Virus record (IMG/VR): IMGVR_UViG_3300006141_000006
Direction: 5' to 3' (one strand)
DNA from: an uncultured virus (IMG/VR IMGVR_UViG_3300006141_000006)
Taxonomy: Duplodnaviria > Heunggongvirae > Uroviricota > Caudoviricetes
Length of the DNA: 37,717 nucleotides
Position numbers and translations under genes: made by a program. A model generated the notes under the pieces. The model saw only the letters and a program-made list of their open reading frames with translations. It was not told the origin of the DNA and searched no databases. Positions 35,222 through 37,717 of the stretch are shown here, one piece after another; positions within the stretch are counted from its first letter, which is position 1; each line of letters opens with the position of its first letter.

Positions 35222-35557
35222 ATGGGACCGGAAGATAAGGGTAAATACACGGTATACTGGAACGGTGTGCCGTTGAGTGACACGCCGATAGCACCGGGGA
35301 TAATCCATAAAATCGAGCTGTCGGCGGATGCGTTGAATCAGGAAGTTGTGCCATTGTTAGGGCCAATGGAGTTTACCATGTACATCAAAGTGCCGAAGCA
35401 CTGGCGCTGTAAAAGCCGGAGACGCTTTATTAAGCTGCTTATGTCAAAGGGAATTAGTCGGAACCAAGCCGAGCGTGTGGCAGGAGCAGCGAGAGCCGCA
35501 GGAGTGCCGTATGGAGAATTGTGGCGAAGCCGCTTCTTTTGGGGTGAGGGCCTATGA
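35222..35557 (+). CDS. Hypothetical protein (in-frame upstream extension from 35027 may be a gene remnant)
   Basis: GGAGGGGG RBS before ATG 35222. Confidence 0.55.
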   Translation: MGPEDKGKYTVYWNGVPLSDTPIAPGIIHKIELSADALNQEVVPLLGPMEFTMYIKVPKHWRCKSRRRFIKLLMSKGISRNQAERVAGAARAAGVPYGELWRSRFFWGEGL

Positions 35558-36456
35558 GAATTGGACTTATCGACGAGGATTCCCACAACTTCCCAAACTT
35601 GGCACTTATGAAACTGTCGGCCTGGCACAAGGCCCAGGGCGACACGGTGGAATGGTGGTGGGGATTCGGGCAGTACGATCGTGTGTATATGAGCAAGGTA
35701 TTTGACGAGACGTATTCCCCGGACATCCCGGAACCGCTGAACACCCGCGAGATTATCAAGGGCGGGACGGGGTACGGTCTGGACAACCGACTGCCGGATG
35801 AAGTCGAGCATATTTGCCCGGACTATTTTATTTACCCGGAGCTTACCAAAGAAACCGCCTACGGATTCCTGACACGGGGATGCCCGCGCGGATGTTCCTT
35901 CTGCATTGTCGCTTCCAAAGAGGGGCGGGCGTCGGTAAAGGTCGCGGACCTGTCGGAGTGGTGGAGGGGGCAGAAGAACATCAAATTACTGGACCCCAAC
36001 CTGCTGGCTTGCCCGGAACACATGGACCTGCTGGGGCAGCTTGCGGACAGCGGCGCGTGGGTAGACTTTACGCAAGGACTGGACGCCCGCCTGCTGACGG
36101 AGGAGAACATCAAAGCAATAGGCAAAATCAAGCTGAAAGAGATTCATTTCGCCTGGGACTACATGGCAGAGAGCAATACGGTGGTGCGGGGCCTGCGGCG
36201 GTATGCAACCTACGGGAAGAAAAACCGGCACGGGAAGTTTGGGTCGGTCTATGTCCTGACTAACTACGACACCAGCATGGAGGAAAACCTATACCGTATC
36301 TACACCCTGCGCGATATGGGATTTGACCCGTATGTGATGATTTATGATAAGCCCAATGCGCCGCGTGAAATACGACTGCTCCAGCGGTGGTGCAACAACC
36401 GCCCGATATTCCGGGCGGAGCCAGATTTTTACAGATATAATCCGAAGAAAGGTTAA
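35554..36456 (+). CDS. Radical SAM protein
   Basis: 'TRGCPRGCSFC' CxxxCxxC; N-terminal 'FPNLALMKLS..GGTG'. Confidence 0.9.
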   Translation: MRIGLIDEDSHNFPNLALMKLSAWHKAQGDTVEWWWGFGQYDRVYMSKVFDETYSPDIPEPLNTREIIKGGTGYGLDNRLPDEVEHICPDYFIYPELTKETAYGFLTRGCPRGCSFCIVASKEGRASVKVADLSEWWRGQKNIKLLDPNLLACPEHMDLLGQLADSGAWVDFTQGLDARLLTEENIKAIGKIKLKEIHFAWDYMAESNTVVRGLRRYATYGKKNRHGKFGSVYVLTNYDTSMEENLYRIYTLRDMGFDPYVMIYDKPNAPREIRLLQRWCNNRPIFRAEPDFYRYNPKKG

Positions 36457-36459
36457 ATT

Positions 36460-37032
36460 ATGGAAAAAAAGATATTGAGCCAGACGGACCGTCTTTGTTT
36501 GGTGGCGCTGGCCGGGTGCTTCTTGGCCCCGCATTTGGCGGTGTGGGCGATGGACGCAGCGGCCATCCGTGCGGCGGAGCGGGTGGACAAGCCCATGGCG
36601 GAGTTTGTTTGGGAGGCGCCGGTGAACCAGCCCCAGCTGCTGGAGGCAATGGTGATCCAGCTGGAACAGGAGCTCTGCCGGGCGGATGTCCCTCTGGATC
36701 GGGAGCTTCAGGCGGTGCTCCGGGAGGCCTGCGAAGAACACAGCGTCCCTATCCACCTGGCCCTGGGCCTGATCGAGGTGGAGAGCCGCTTTGATTCCGA
36801 TGCGGATAACGGCCTTTGTTACGGCCTGATGCAGCTCAACAGGCGGTACTATCCAGACGGTCTCGCCCCTGCCGAGAACATCCGGGCCGGGGTGGCCCAC
36901 CTGGGCAAGCTGCTGGAGCGGTATGGGGATACAGCGGTGGCCCTGACCGCCTACAACGCAGGGCACGACACCGGGTCAAGGAGCTACGCCAACGCCGTCC
37001 TGGCGGCGGCGGAACACTGGAAGGAGAACTGA
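36460..37032 (+). CDS. Lytic transglycosylase (SLT domain) with N-terminal hydrophobic segment
   Basis: 'IEVES', 'GLMQL', 'ALTAYNAG'. Confidence 0.9.
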   Translation: MEKKILSQTDRLCLVALAGCFLAPHLAVWAMDAAAIRAAERVDKPMAEFVWEAPVNQPQLLEAMVIQLEQELCRADVPLDRELQAVLREACEEHSVPIHLALGLIEVESRFDSDADNGLCYGLMQLNRRYYPDGLAPAENIRAGVAHLGKLLERYGDTAVALTAYNAGHDTGSRSYANAVLAAAEHWKEN

Positions 37033-37034
37033 GT

Positions 37035-37229
37035 ATGTGTTTGAACAATACCGAACGCCGGGTAACGGCAAAGCTGCGGGAATGGTTCGGCCGGGGCAAG
37101 GTGGATCAGGTGGAATCTACCGGAGATGGCCGCTGCTGGCGGGCCCGTTTAGTGGGCGGCGGTCTGGCCTATGCCACGGTGGAGGAGGACGGCTCAATCA
37201 CCATTGAGGAGCGGGAGGTGGTGTGCTGA
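37035..37229 (+). CDS. Hypothetical protein
   Basis: AAGGAG RBS. Confidence 0.65.
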   Translation: MCLNNTERRVTAKLREWFGRGKVDQVESTGDGRCWRARLVGGGLAYATVEEDGSITIEEREVVC

Positions 37230-37504
37230 TGGAGCTCATCCCACACGCCACCCGGACAAGCTTCCGGCAGCTGCTCATGCGGAGGAGGCTGGAGGTTCCT
37301 CCGGTCCAAGAACTGGTCCTGCGTCAAAATTCCCGGATACAGCGGTCCGCCTACATTTTGCGTTGGCGGGACGGCCAGCGTAAGCACCATATGGCGGTCT
37401 ATTACTTCTGTGCCGGTCAGCCCTACCTGGAGGTGGATTCCAAGGTCGTCCCCATTACCTTGGAGGAGGTGCAGATATATGGTATGTGCAAGGAAAAAGA
37501 ATGA
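37223..37504 (+). CDS. Hypothetical protein
   Basis: GGGAGG RBS; start 37223 or 37229. Confidence 0.65.
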   Translation: MLMELIPHATRTSFRQLLMRRRLEVPPVQELVLRQNSRIQRSAYILRWRDGQRKHHMAVYYFCAGQPYLEVDSKVVPITLEEVQIYGMCKEKE

Positions 37505-37559
37505 GCCCCGCACAGTTAGCAGACTGTACGGGACTCGGGGCGCTATAACAATCAAGTAC
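37493..37559 (-). ncRNA. Predicted ~65-nt antisense sRNA
   Basis: Promoter TTGATT-17-TATACT (37594-37566); 14-bp hairpin 37503-37536 with two G-U pairs on minus strand plus U-tract. Confidence 0.5.
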
Positions 37560-37606
37560 ATGGTTAGTATAGCATCCCACATCTTGAAAATCAAGGGGGA
37601 TTTGTT

Positions 37607-37717
37607 ATGATTCCGGAAAATTTGCGGGAGCAGTGGGAGTTGGTCCAAGCCAGGGCCGAGGTGCTGTTCCTGGCGGATCACGGCGGCGGCTACCCCGACT
37701 GTCTGGCCGGGGATGGT
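37607..37717 (+). CDS. Hypothetical protein, truncated by window end
   Basis: AAGGGGG RBS; open to edge. Confidence 0.6.
   Translation, partial: MIPENLREQWELVQARAEVLFLADHGGGYPDCLAGDG

Larger units (their letters stand above)
1..37717. mobile_element. Temperate phage genome segment (tail-lysis-att/integrase-immunity-replication)
   Basis: Canonical siphovirus module order; no housekeeping genes in the window. Confidence 0.95.

Overview
Contiguous ~37.7 kb piece of a temperate siphovirus-type phage. The host is probably a Clostridia-class Firmicute (inferred from strong Shine-Dalgarno sites, sigmaA-type promoters, a CHAP+SLH-like endolysin and a large serine recombinase). Gene order: tail module (1-9.3 kb); lysis (9.3-11.2 kb); self-promoted post-lysis accessory cassette with an orphan hicB (11.2-13.6 kb); candidate attP; leftward integrase, HsdR-N-like and CI operon (13.7-17.2 kb); CI/Cro switch with three operators; rightward early region carrying an IS630 element, recombination and replication genes with an iteron-like origin, and PAPS-reductase, radical SAM and SLT genes. 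No host DNA lies between lysis and integrase, so this looks like the excised/attP configuration. Most notable observations: (i) repeated antisense 'promoter + terminator' micro-units in the early operon, with minus-strand G-U pairing; (ii) a modular tail region with an apparently split baseplate gene, recurring docking-like motifs and twin receptor-binding cassettes with conserved flanks; (iii) a spoIIG-like 22-bp-spaced promoter with Spo0A-box-like heptamers before the replication genes; (iv) a +1 frame transition at CCC-CGA in the IS630 transposase; (v) an internal restart in the endolysin; (vi) a collapsed hicA remnant. All family calls come from motif recognition by eye; no searches were run.
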